Source: Gammaproteobacteria bacterium (GTDB taxonomy: Bacteria > Pseudomonadota > Gammaproteobacteria > Burkholderiales > SG8-39). From it: DNA of 41,472 nucleotides. The translations under genes and the position numbers were made by a program. A model generated the notes under the pieces. The model was not told where the DNA came from. It worked only from the letters and a program-made list of their open reading frames with translations, and ran no database searches. The stretch spans positions 1-41,472 of the forward strand of contig JBGOTT010000001.1 in NCBI GenBank assembly GCA_041476585.1. Reading direction: 5' to 3'. Of the stretch, positions 8,940 to 20,092 are shown in pieces (position 1 is the first letter of the stretch; each line of letters begins with the position of its first letter).

Positions 8940-9175
8940 GCTGAAATCTCGCGGAGGGCAGAGGATGCGGTCGAGAATAACCCAGTTCCGGCAATGCATC
9001 ACTTCGCCCAGACCTTCAACGGCATCCCGCCTCTGGGCACCAACGTGACGCGCGCGACCGGGACGGGCTCGCGGCCGTCGACCGGAGCGAAGCACGCGTG
9101 CTGCAGCAGCGTCCCCAGTGCCTCCCCTTACTGCATTAATATATGCCGTTGCTCAAAAATACCAAGGAGGGACGC

Positions 9176-10153
9176 ATGAGAAACGCATCGTCGCCGCTTT
9201 GCGCCATGCTCGCGCTGGTTGCGGGATTGGTCCTCGCCCCGCCCACGCTTGCGCAGAGCTTCCCGACCCGCGCGGTCACCATCATCGTGCCGTATCCCCC
9301 GGGCGGACTGATCGACCTGGTGGCGCGCATCATTCAGCCGAGATTGACCGTCGAACTCGGCCAGCCGGTGATCATCGACAACCGCTCCGGCGCGGGCGGC
9401 AATGTCGGTGCCGAAGCAGCCGCGCGCGCCTCGCCGGACGGCCACACGCTTTTGCTTGCCAACCCATCGCTCGGGATCAGCCCGCACATCTATCCCAAGC
9501 TCAATTATCGTCCTCTGGTGGACTTCGCCTATGTCGGGCTTTACGGCACGGTGCCAAACGTGCTGGTCGTGAATCCGTCCCTGCCGGTGAAGTCGGCGCG
9601 GGAGCTGATCGAATACGCGAAGAAGAATCCCGGCAAGCTCAATTACGCCTCGAACGGGTTCGGCACTTCGCCGCAGATGTCGATGGAGTTGTTCAAGGGA
9701 ATGACCGAAACTTACATCGTGCACATCTCCTTCCGGGGCAGCGGCCCGGCGCAGGCATCGATCCTTGCCAACGAGACCCAACTGATGTTCGACAACATCC
9801 CGCCGCAGTTGCCGCACATCAAGGCCGGCAAGGTGCGCCCGCTGGCGGTCACCAGCCTCGAGCGCTCCAAGGCGCTGCCCGACATCCCGACGCTCGACGA
9901 GATTGGATTGAAGGGTTATCAGGTGACGTCGTATTTCGGGCTGGTCGCGCCGGCCGGAACGCCGCGCGAGGTGGTGGCGCGGCTCAACCAGGCGCTCAAC
10001 AACACCACACGGGACCCGCAGATCAACGACAACCTCGTCTCGCGCGGCGCGACAGTGATTCAGGGCACGCCGGAGAGCTTCTACAATTTCGTCAAGGCCG
10101 AACTCGAGAAGTGGGGGCCGGTGGTGAAGCGGGCCGGGGTGGTGGCTGAATAG
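9176..10153 (+). CDS. Bug family tripartite tricarboxylate transporter substrate-binding protein (TctC-like)
   Basis: AAGGAGGG Shine-Dalgarno, then MRNASSPLCAMLALVAGLVLAPPTLAQS signal peptide, then FPTRAVTIIVPYPPGG, the typical Bug N-terminus. There is no adjacent tctA/tctB. Confidence 0.9.
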   Translation: MRNASSPLCAMLALVAGLVLAPPTLAQSFPTRAVTIIVPYPPGGLIDLVARIIQPRLTVELGQPVIIDNRSGAGGNVGAEAAARASPDGHTLLLANPSLGISPHIYPKLNYRPLVDFAYVGLYGTVPNVLVVNPSLPVKSARELIEYAKKNPGKLNYASNGFGTSPQMSMELFKGMTETYIVHISFRGSGPAQASILANETQLMFDNIPPQLPHIKAGKVRPLAVTSLERSKALPDIPTLDEIGLKGYQVTSYFGLVAPAGTPREVVARLNQALNNTTRDPQINDNLVSRGATVIQGTPESFYNFVKAELEKWGPVVKRAGVVAE

Positions 10154-10172
10154 CCGCCGGGTGTTGTTTTCA

Positions 10173-10778
10173 TTACATCGGCGGCACTTGGCCGTTCAGT
10201 CCGACATTGACGCGCGGCGCGGTCAGGCTCCCATCAGCCTGGCGCTGCGAACTCACGAACACCGGGGCGCCGGGCTTGAGTTCGCTGCGATCGGACGGCG
10301 TGTAGGAGACGATGGCCGCATCCTCGGGAATCAGGACTTTCTTTTCGCCGCCCTTGTACTGCACCGTCAGGATTCGGTCTTTGCCCATGCTGACCACGTT
10401 AGCCACGTTCGCATTGGTCATCTTACTTGAGGGCCTCAAGTCCCAGTCGTAATGCCCTTCGCCGGTGCCGCGCATGTTCTCGGGAAAAATGTGAACCTCT
10501 AGCGCGACCAGCGCGCCCTGGCGTTCGCCGACCGTCGTGGTGCCGATGAACTTGCCGCTCGCGACATCGGCGATGCTCGCTTTCGCGATCCCCATGACCA
10601 CGAAGTTATCCGCCAGCTTGACGGTCATGGTCTCGCCATTGCGGGCCTTCACGGTCAGCATCTGGCCATCGAGCTTTTCCACCGTCCCGCGGATTCTCAC
10701 GGGCGGATTCGCCGGAGCCTGAGCGATGGCGGCAGCAGATAGGGCGGCAACAAGCAATGCAGTGATGGCACGGATCAT
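10173..10778 (-). CDS. exported protein of unknown function (DUF5666-like two-domain beta protein)
   Basis: Signal peptide MIRAITALLVAALSAAAIAQA. Contains RIRGTVEKLDGQMLTVKARNG and a second similar module. Ends 9 nt downstream of the propeller gene's stop, on the same strand. Confidence 0.7.
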   Translation of the reverse strand: MIRAITALLVAALSAAAIAQAPANPPVRIRGTVEKLDGQMLTVKARNGETMTVKLADNFVVMGIAKASIADVASGKFIGTTTVGERQGALVALEVHIFPENMRGTGEGHYDWDLRPSSKMTNANVANVVSMGKDRILTVQYKGGEKKVLIPEDAAIVSYTPSDRSELKPGAPVFVSSQRQADGSLTAPRVNVGLNGQVPPM

Positions 10779-10787
10779 CGCAATCTC

Positions 10788-11972
10788 CTAGCTACGCCCC
10801 GGCCAGACCACGCCCTGGCTGCCGCGGCGCACCGGGCCGATGCCCTTGTAGACGAAGCGCTGGAGGCGCTTTCCTTCGTAGGTCTCGGTCGTGTAGAGAT
10901 TGCCTTTCGAATCCGTGGCGATGCTGTGCACGCCGAAAAACTGCCCCGGCTGGCGTCCGCCGTCGCCGAAGCTCGTCAGCTCATCGAGCGTCTCGCGCAG
11001 GATGATGCGCACCTTCTGGTTGCGGCCGTCGGCCATGAATATGTAGCGCTGCTGCCCGTCCTTCGAGAATGCGATGTCCCACACCGCGCCTTCGCTCAAG
11101 CTGCGCCTCGCATACCACTGCTCCTTGACGAATTTGCCCTCCTTCGTGAACACCTGAAGGCGGTTGGCCTGCCGGTCGCAGACGTACACCAGGCCGTCGT
11201 TCGAGACGTCCGAGCAGTGCACCGGATTGCGGAACTGCTGCGCGGGCGGCGCATCCGGGTTGAACGGACCGAGGTCCTTGTCGTCCGGTTTGTTTCCGTA
11301 GGCACCCCAGTAGCGCTTCATCTTGCCGGTGTCGGCATCCAGCACCGCGACCCGCCTGTTGCCGTAGCCGTCGGCGATGAACGCCTCATTCGTCGTCGCA
11401 TCGACGAAGATTTTCGCCACCCGGCCGAAGTTCTCGAGGTCGTTGCTTCCCTTGTTGTTTCCGAGGCGCCCCATCTGCAGCAGGAACTTGCCGTCCTTGG
11501 TGAACTTCAGGATGTGCGCGTCCTTCGCCCCGTTGCCACCGATCCAGACGTTGCCCTTGTGATCGACGAAGATGCCGTGATTCGACTCCGGCCATTCGTA
11601 TCCGATGCCGTGACCGCCCCAGTGACGCACCAGATTGCCCGCCTGATCGAACACCAGGACCGGCGGTGCGCCGCGGCAGCACTCGCCCGTCGGCGGGTTC
11701 AGTTCCGCGCCTTTTTCGTTGTTGTTCAGCGTGGCGGAGCTGCGATGGACGATCCAGACATGGTCCTGCTCGTCGACCCAGACGCCGATCGTCATTCCGA
11801 GCAGCCAATGATTGGGCAGGGGCTTCGGCCACAGCGGGTCGACTTCGAAGATCGGCGCCTGGACCGTGTCGGCCTGCGCGATCGCCTGCCGTTCGAGCAG
11901 CGCCTGTCCGAAACCCAGCGCCGCGAGTAGCGCGATGAAGCCCGCGCCGACGTAAGCCTTGTGATTCTTCAT
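10788..11972 (-). CDS. exported/anchored six-bladed beta-propeller protein (NHL-repeat type, amidating-lyase-like)
   Basis: ATG at 11972 (MKNHKAYVGAGFIALLAALGF) is preceded by GGGGAG. Repeated blades of the form D..GN.W.. / ..V.D..N.R.Q.F are present. Confidence 0.75.
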   Translation of the reverse strand: MKNHKAYVGAGFIALLAALGFGQALLERQAIAQADTVQAPIFEVDPLWPKPLPNHWLLGMTIGVWVDEQDHVWIVHRSSATLNNNEKGAELNPPTGECCRGAPPVLVFDQAGNLVRHWGGHGIGYEWPESNHGIFVDHKGNVWIGGNGAKDAHILKFTKDGKFLLQMGRLGNNKGSNDLENFGRVAKIFVDATTNEAFIADGYGNRRVAVLDADTGKMKRYWGAYGNKPDDKDLGPFNPDAPPAQQFRNPVHCSDVSNDGLVYVCDRQANRLQVFTKEGKFVKEQWYARRSLSEGAVWDIAFSKDGQQRYIFMADGRNQKVRIILRETLDELTSFGDGGRQPGQFFGVHSIATDSKGNLYTTETYEGKRLQRFVYKGIGPVRRGSQGVVWPGRS

Positions 11973-12035
11973 GTTCGCTCCCCGTCCCTGCGAGACAAAG
12001 GCGAGTATAGGCAAACTCTGCAATACTTGAACTGA

Positions 12036-13340
12036 TTGGATCGCATTCTAATTCTTGCTGGGGCGCTCCTGACAATTTGGTCAGGTGTGCACGCGCACGA
12101 CATCCCTGATGAAGTCCGCATCCAGGCATTCGCGAGGCCGGAAGGACAGTCGCTGAAGCTGCTGGTCCGCGTGCCGCTCAAGGCGATGCGTGATGTGGAC
12201 GTGCCGCAGCGCAGCGGAGGATTTCTCGACTTCTCGCGCGTGGATTCCGCGCTGCGCAATGCCGTCACGCTGTGGCTGTCCGACGAACTCGAGCTGTACG
12301 AGAACGACGTCCGCCTCGCCAAACCCCGCGTGATCGATGCGCGCGTTTCGCTCGAGTCGGACCGGTCATTCGCATCCTACGAAAAGGCGCTCGCGCACTT
12401 CGCTGACCCGCGGCTCACGAACGACACCGAGCTCTACTGGAACCAGGGGCTGCTCGACGTGCTGCTCGATTTCCCGATCCGCTCGGAGCGCTCGGAACTG
12501 TCGATCCGGCCACGCCTCGAGCGGCTCGGGCTGCGCGTCAGCACCGTGCTTCGCTTCCTGCCGCCCGGTGGAGAAACCCGGGCGTTTGAGTTCCACGGCG
12601 ATCCGGGCCTGGTGCGGCTCGACCCGCGCTGGCACCAGGCCGCGCTGCGATTCGTGCAGTCGGGATTCATCCACATCCTCGAGGGGCTCGACCACCTGCT
12701 GTTTCTGCTGTGCCTGGTGATCCCATTTCGCAGGTTCGGGCCGCTGGTCGCGATCGTCACGGCGTTCACCGTCGCGCACTCCATCACGCTGATCGCAACC
12801 GCGCTGGGCTACGGTCCGGACGCGCTCTGGTTTCCGCCCTTGATCGAAACACTGATTGCCGTCTCGATCCTCTACATGGCGATCGAAAACGTGCTGGGAA
12901 CCCGCCTTCAGCGCCGCTGGATTCTCGCGCTCGCCTTCGGCCTGGTGCACGGCTTCGGCTTCGCCTTCAGCCTCCAGCAGCTTCTGCAATTCGCAGGCTC
13001 CCACCTGGTCACGTCCCTGCTCGCGTTCAACGTCGGCGTCGAGCTCGGGCAAGTCCTGGTTCTCGCAATCCTGGTGCCGATCCTGAATTCGATTTTCAGG
13101 AATGTGAAAGCCGAAAGGATGATCACGATCATCATTTCCCTGCTGGTGGGCCACACGGCGTGGCACTGGATGCTCGAGCGCGGCGAGCGCCTGGGCAAGT
13201 TTCCGTGGCCCACCTTGGACACCGCCTCGCTCGCGAGCGCAATGCGCTGGCTGATGGCGTTATTGATCCTGGCGGCGCTGGCGTGGCTGGTATCCGAAGC
13301 GATCCGGCGCGGCAGACGGCGCGATCGAACGGAGCGATGA
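12036..13340 (+). CDS. HupE/UreJ family membrane protein with about 200-aa N-terminal periplasmic domain
   Basis: TTG start gives signal-like MDRILILAGALLTIWSGVHA. The C-terminal half has GFIHILEGLDHLLFLLCLV plus further TM helices with a conserved His (FTVAHSITL, FGLVHGFGF). Confidence 0.75.
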   Translation: MDRILILAGALLTIWSGVHAHDIPDEVRIQAFARPEGQSLKLLVRVPLKAMRDVDVPQRSGGFLDFSRVDSALRNAVTLWLSDELELYENDVRLAKPRVIDARVSLESDRSFASYEKALAHFADPRLTNDTELYWNQGLLDVLLDFPIRSERSELSIRPRLERLGLRVSTVLRFLPPGGETRAFEFHGDPGLVRLDPRWHQAALRFVQSGFIHILEGLDHLLFLLCLVIPFRRFGPLVAIVTAFTVAHSITLIATALGYGPDALWFPPLIETLIAVSILYMAIENVLGTRLQRRWILALAFGLVHGFGFAFSLQQLLQFAGSHLVTSLLAFNVGVELGQVLVLAILVPILNSIFRNVKAERMITIIISLLVGHTAWHWMLERGERLGKFPWPTLDTASLASAMRWLMALLILAALAWLVSEAIRRGRRRDRTER

Positions 13341-13347
13341 GCCCGGA

Positions 13348-15078
<1,731 letters not shown>

Positions 15079-15155
15079 CGAATGACTCCTTGAAACGCCG
15101 ATGATTATGCCATTGCGCTGAATTACACTGCGATGATCCCGAAGGAGAATGCACC

Positions 15156-15947
15156 ATGAACCTGGAACTGACCGGCCGCTCGGCGCTGGTCACCGGATCT
15201 ACCGCAGGCATCGGCTACGCGATTGCGCACGGCCTTGCCGCGGAAGGCGCGCGCGTGGTGATCACCGGGCGCAAGCAGGGCTCGGTCGACGAAGCGCTCG
15301 CGCGGCTGCGCGAGTCGCTGCCCAAGGCGAAAGCGGACGGCGTCGCGGCGGATTGCGCGAGCGCCGCAGGCGCCGAGGCGGTCTTTGCACGGGTCCCTGA
15401 AATGGACATCCTGGTCAACAACCTCGGCATCTACGAGCGCAAGCCGTTCTTCGACATTCCCGACGACTGGCTGCGCTTTTTCGAGACGAACGTGCTCTCC
15501 GGCGTGCGCTTCGCGCGCCGCTACGCGCCGGCGATGAAGAAGAAGGGCTGGGGACGGATCCTGTTCGTCTCGAGCGAATCGGGATTGAACGTGCCGCAGG
15601 AAATGATTCACTACGGCATGAGCAAGACCGCGCAACTGGCGATCTCGCGCGGGCTCGCGATGGAACTCGCCGCGTCCGGCGTCACCGTGAACGCGCTGCT
15701 GCCCGGCCCTACACGCACGGAGACCACCGACCGGCTGCGCGCCGAGCGGGCGAAGGCGGCAGGCAAGACGGTGGAGGAAATCGAGGCGGATTTTTTCCGC
15801 ATCTATCGTCCGACCTCACTGCTGCGCCGCTTCACTTCTGCGGAGGAAGTGGCGAACCTCGCGGTGTACCTGTGCGGCGCGGGGGCATCCGGCACCACTG
15901 GCGCGGCGCTGCGGGTGGACGGCGGAGTGGTGAATCAGATCATGTAG
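15156..15947 (+). CDS. SDR family oxidoreductase
   Basis: TGSTAGIGYA, NNLG and YGMSKTA motifs. GAAGGAGA Shine-Dalgarno upstream. Confidence 0.9.
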   Translation: MNLELTGRSALVTGSTAGIGYAIAHGLAAEGARVVITGRKQGSVDEALARLRESLPKAKADGVAADCASAAGAEAVFARVPEMDILVNNLGIYERKPFFDIPDDWLRFFETNVLSGVRFARRYAPAMKKKGWGRILFVSSESGLNVPQEMIHYGMSKTAQLAISRGLAMELAASGVTVNALLPGPTRTETTDRLRAERAKAAGKTVEEIEADFFRIYRPTSLLRRFTSAEEVANLAVYLCGAGASGTTGAALRVDGGVVNQIM

Positions 15948-16514
15948 CGACGGCTTTCTCGACGATCGCGCGCAGCCCGGGTGCGAGCTCCAGGCCGAGC
16001 GCGGCCTGATGTCCAGTGGCCGACATCTTCGTCCACGTCTTGCGCAGGACGCGGAGCAGCGTTGCTTCGTCATGCCTGGCTGCGAACTCCGCGAAGTAAT
16101 TCTCGAGGAACACAAGGCAGGTGACATCCTCCAGAAACTGCGCTTCCGGATCCTGCTTGAGCCGTTCCTTCCTCACCAGCGACTGCACGCGCAGGATGTC
16201 TCCTCGTCGTAGCCGACCTCCTTCAGGACGCGGCCGGCGGTTTTCGCGTGCGACCTCGCCTCGTCGGCGCGCCACTTGCGGTAGCCCTCGACATTCATCG
16301 GGTAGTCGCTGCGCGCGATCGACCAGCGCCGGATGTGCTGGCAGCGCACCGCGAGCCTGAGCGGCTCGGAAGCCTCCAGCGCAAGGTTCGCGAGCTATGC
16401 GCTCATTCGACGCACGTAGACGAGTTCCCTTGGCTGCGCGGCGCCGTCGACGACTTCGCTGCGGGGATCCTCAGAATGGAACAGCGCAATCGCCTGCTCA
16501 AACCTGGAGGTCAT
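15940..16514 (-). pseudogene. DUF4202 family gene disrupted by a nonsense codon and a 1-nt frameshift
   Basis: From ATG 16514 the sequence reads MTSRFEQAIALFHSEDP...VYVRRMSA, then TAG (16395-16397) where the family has Trp, then LANLALEASEPLRLAVRCQHIRRWSI...GYDEE. The frame slips near 16198-16204 into ORF 15940..16275 (DILRVQSLVRKERLKQDPEAQFLEDVTCLVFLE...KTWTKMS). Confidence 0.7.
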
Positions 16515-16541
16515 CCGCGCGCTTCGGGCCGCCGCGCAACT

Positions 16542-17837
16542 TCAGTCGTTTTTCATCAGCCACGCGGCCATCGCACGGTAGGCCGGCAGGCTCACCGGGT
16601 CGTTGGCTGCATTGCCCGCGGCCGGGTGAGAGGCGTAGCGAACGATGGTCATCTCGGCCCTCGGGTCAATGTATATGGCTTGGCCATGGATGCCGCGTGC
16701 GGCGTAGGCGCCGTAGTTCGATACCCACCACATGTTGCGATAGCTCCAGTCGGGCAGTGTCGCGAGGGCTGCCTTGGCAAATTTCGCCTGGTCACCGCCC
16801 CTGCGGATATCTGCCACCACGGCCGCCGGAACGATTTGCTGACCGTTGAAGCGACCTCCCAGCCGCATCGTTTCGCCGAAGCGCGCGAGGTCGCGCAGCG
16901 TCGTGTTGAATCCGCCGCCGCCGGATTCGCTGCCGACGCTGTCGACCGTGAAATAGGCGTCGAACTCCGCGCCCATCTTCTGCCAGACGGTTTCCGATAA
17001 GAGCGCGGCGAGCGACTTGCCGCTGGCGCGCTTGACGATCCAGGCCAGCACCTCGGCGTTGGACGTCTTGTAGGCGAAGGCCTGATCGTGCTCTCCTTCC
17101 TTTGGTAGCTTGCCGAGAAACTCATAAAACGACCGCGGCCCCTGGTAATCGGGGCCCGCCGGCAGCATGCCGCCGGCGCGGGCGTAATCCCACACATCGG
17201 CTTTCGGATCGGCATAGACCTCCGAATACCTGACGCCGACGGTCATGTCCATCACCTGGCGCACCGTCGCGTCCGCGTAGGCACCGTCCTTGAGTTCAGG
17301 GACGTACTTCGTCACCAGCGCGGCAGGGTCCAGTTTGTCCTGCTCGGCGAGCACGGCGGCCAGCGTACCGACAAAGGATTTGGTCACCGAAAACGCGCTA
17401 TGAGGGGTCTGAGCATCCAGCGCGCCAAAGTATTTCTCGGAGATGATGCGACCCTTGTGCGTGACCACGACGCCGTCCGTCCACGTCGCGGCCAGCATGC
17501 CGGCCCAGGTCATGCTCTTGCCATCGGCGAGTTTGAACGCCACATCGTCGATGTTCCGTTCCGCGCGCGGCAGCGCCGAGACAGGGTCGGGCCCGCGCGA
17601 GACGTTGGCAGTCGGCACGAGCTCGCGCTGGTGCGAGAAGGACCAGCGCGTATTGGGGAACCGGTAGCCGCTGCCGTCGCCGAAGCTGATGGTCTTCTCG
17701 GGTGGCGGCGGAAAACCCCGCATCAGGCCCAGCGTGCGCGGGTCGCTCGCCGCGGCATCAGGCGGGGCCGCAGGCGTCTGGGCAAAGCTCGCAATCGGTA
17801 CGAGAAACAGCGCGAGGCGGGCGGCAAGGGATTTCAT
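16542..17837 (-). CDS. exported serine hydrolase (class C beta-lactamase/esterase fold)
   Basis: MKSLAARLALFLVPIASFAQ signal peptide and the SxxK motif SVTKSF. 431 aa from the ATG at 17837. Confidence 0.85.
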   Translation of the reverse strand: MKSLAARLALFLVPIASFAQTPAAPPDAAASDPRTLGLMRGFPPPPEKTISFGDGSGYRFPNTRWSFSHQRELVPTANVSRGPDPVSALPRAERNIDDVAFKLADGKSMTWAGMLAATWTDGVVVTHKGRIISEKYFGALDAQTPHSAFSVTKSFVGTLAAVLAEQDKLDPAALVTKYVPELKDGAYADATVRQVMDMTVGVRYSEVYADPKADVWDYARAGGMLPAGPDYQGPRSFYEFLGKLPKEGEHDQAFAYKTSNAEVLAWIVKRASGKSLAALLSETVWQKMGAEFDAYFTVDSVGSESGGGGFNTTLRDLARFGETMRLGGRFNGQQIVPAAVVADIRRGGDQAKFAKAALATLPDWSYRNMWWVSNYGAYAARGIHGQAIYIDPRAEMTIVRYASHPAAGNAANDPVSLPAYRAMAAWLMKND

Positions 17838-17919
17838 CGGGCTCCAATGGAGTGTCATTTACCACCCTGCCTGTTGCGTTGCACCACCGGTGCGGCCGGC
17901 CGGCACTACCCTTTGTCGA

Positions 17920-18930
17920 TCAGCGCGGCATGCGCGGAATGCGGGCGCGAATGCGCGAAACCGTATGCGATGTCACCTGGGCCGCCCACTGGCTGTCGAC
18001 TGCCTGCGGCACGCCGATTAGGCGCAGATCGAGCGCCAGGTTGGTGACATAGATCCAGTCGCCCGACCGCACCAGGCTCGCAGGGAACAGGAACCCGTTG
18101 GGCGCGCCGTGCTTGTCGATGCCATCGAAATCGCCGAGTTTGGCAATCACCTTGCCGGTCTTGTCGAGCACCACGATCTCGTCGGCCTGGTTGGCGGCCG
18201 CCCACAGGTTGTCGTCATCATCGATGATCAGCCCGTCGGCGCCGTTCACGCTGTTGACGAAGACCGTGGGCGTACCCGGCACACCGGCGGTCACCGGAAT
18301 CCGGATGATCCGGTCATCGCCCGTGTTATTGACGAACAATGCGCTGTGATCGTTGTTGAACGCGAGGCCGTTGGCGCCGAACCCCGGCGTGCCGGTGGTG
18401 CGCAGCAGCGCGTCGTTGACCCACTGCGTGGCGGCGCCGCCGGCCGGGCCGGTGCGCCAGATGACGCCCTGGAACGAGTCCGAGACATAGACATTGCCGT
18501 CCTTGTCGAAGGTCAGCACGTTGAGCCCCGCCGAACCCGTGACGGTGGCGAACACCGAAGACGCGCCGGTCATGGGGTTGACCTTCAACACCTTCGAGTT
18601 GCCGAAATCGAGCACCAGCAGATCTCCGGTTTTCGGATGGAACGCGAGGTCGAGCAGCAGATTGCTCGATCCGGCGACGCTGACCTGTCGCAAGAGGTTC
18701 CCGTGTTTGCCGAACACGAACAACTGCCCGGGCCCGCCGCTGGCGGTGACGGCAAACGTCGTCACATAAACATTGCCCTGCTTGTCAACGGTGATTCCCT
18801 CGGGATTGCCGTTTCCGGCAGGCAACGTCGCAAAAGTCTCGACCTCGCCACGGTCCCACGCCGAGGCATTGAGCGGACAAAGCACGCACAGGCTGAGCAG
18901 CACGACGATCACGCGGCGCAAAGCGTTCAT
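17920..18930 (-). CDS. exported beta-propeller protein (SMP-30/gluconolactonase/LRE-like)
   Basis: Signal MNALRRVIVVLLSLCVLCPLNASA. Repeated blades: PEGITVDKQGNVYV, LNVLTFDKDGNVYVSD, ANGLAFNNDHSALFV, ADGLIIDDDDNLW. GGGGAGGA Shine-Dalgarno. Confidence 0.75.
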   Translation of the reverse strand: MNALRRVIVVLLSLCVLCPLNASAWDRGEVETFATLPAGNGNPEGITVDKQGNVYVTTFAVTASGGPGQLFVFGKHGNLLRQVSVAGSSNLLLDLAFHPKTGDLLVLDFGNSKVLKVNPMTGASSVFATVTGSAGLNVLTFDKDGNVYVSDSFQGVIWRTGPAGGAATQWVNDALLRTTGTPGFGANGLAFNNDHSALFVNNTGDDRIIRIPVTAGVPGTPTVFVNSVNGADGLIIDDDDNLWAAANQADEIVVLDKTGKVIAKLGDFDGIDKHGAPNGFLFPASLVRSGDWIYVTNLALDLRLIGVPQAVDSQWAAQVTSHTVSRIRARIPRMPR

Positions 18931-19020
18931 ATGAGGATCCTCCCCGACCCGTTGTCATTCAAAAGCATAGTCTAGGCGCGCCCCTCAAGCCGCGTCAACA
19001 ACGGCCCCGGCGCGTGAAAA

Positions 19021-20091
19021 TCAGTTGCAGAACCCGAGGATACGCTCCTCCGCCGAGCATGCTTTTCCGGCGGGCCGGGTCGATGGTCTCATTGTTGCCG
19101 GTGTCTTGGCTAGACAGGCGCGGATCTCTCTCGCCGTAGGCGCGTAATAGGTCCAGCCCGGACTGAGTTTGGGCAGCGCCATGTTGACTTCGCGCCATTT
19201 GGGATGCCCCTGCGCCTGCAGCGTGGAGAAATTCTGGCACAGCGATCGCGCGAACTTGGCCAGGTGATTGACGGTGCCCTCCAGGTTGAAATCGTAAGTG
19301 ACCAGGAACGCGCCCACTGCGATGGTGGTGAAGTTTTCCTGCAGCAGGTTGGGATAGCTGCTCACGTTGACGACGGAGTGCGAATAGACCGTCAGCGGAA
19401 GTTTGCTCGAAGGGTGATTGGGATCGAACTTCAGCAGCTTGATGAACTTCTGCGCCTCGGGCTTCATGTTGGCGATCAGCGGGGCCGGCTGGCCGGCGGC
19501 GACGACGACGACATCGACCGACTTGTCGCCGATCAACTTGACCAGCGCTTCCTCGTTCGAAAGAAAGCTGTCGTTCGCCTCCGGGATCGGCCCATTGAAC
19601 ATCATGCGGTACAGGGTGTGGGTGATGAGGGCTGCGCCGCTTCCGACCAGACCGCCATTGATCTTCGCATTCCTGATGTCGTGCAGGTAATTCAGCGGGG
19701 AGTCGGCTCTGACGATGTAATGAATCTCGGTGTTGTAAAGCGGCAGGATCACCCGCAGGGGGCGGATGATGGTGCTCGCTTCGCTGTTGCCCGCGGCCGC
19801 CCTGTCCAGGAAGGCCTGATACACGTCGGCCTGCACGACCGCGAGTTTCACGCCCGGGTCGTAGCGCAAATGTTTGATGTTCGCGGCCGAACCCGCCGTG
19901 GGCAGGACCTCCAACTGGATATCGGCATCGGGCGCGACGAACTTGGCGAGATCGACGCCGATCGCAAAATAGGTGCCCTTTTCGTTGGCCGTCACGATCT
20001 TGTACTCGGCCGCCGCGACGGCGACCCCGCTCTCGAGCAGCGCCGCCGCCATGAACGCGCCAACCAGCGTGCCGATAAGTTTCCTTGCCAT
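19021..20091 (-). CDS. TAXI-family TRAP solute receptor-like periplasmic binding protein
   Basis: Signal peptide, then EKGTYFAIGVDLAKFV, PTAGSAANIKHL and LAVVQADVY, which resemble TAXI motifs. No TRAP membrane subunit is in the window. Confidence 0.7.
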   Translation of the reverse strand: MARKLIGTLVGAFMAAALLESGVAVAAAEYKIVTANEKGTYFAIGVDLAKFVAPDADIQLEVLPTAGSAANIKHLRYDPGVKLAVVQADVYQAFLDRAAAGNSEASTIIRPLRVILPLYNTEIHYIVRADSPLNYLHDIRNAKINGGLVGSGAALITHTLYRMMFNGPIPEANDSFLSNEEALVKLIGDKSVDVVVVAAGQPAPLIANMKPEAQKFIKLLKFDPNHPSSKLPLTVYSHSVVNVSSYPNLLQENFTTIAVGAFLVTYDFNLEGTVNHLAKFARSLCQNFSTLQAQGHPKWREVNMALPKLSPGWTYYAPTAREIRACLAKTPATMRPSTRPAGKACSAEERILGFCN

Positions 20092-20092
20092 G

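Noticed and set aside
8940-9140. Possible short coding relic on the minus strand (ALGTLLQHACFAPVDGREPVPVARVTLVPRGGMPLKVWAK)
   Set aside because: It spans 40 codons between stops without a canonical start codon, and I could not place any homology. It may be a degraded gene, but this is unsupported.
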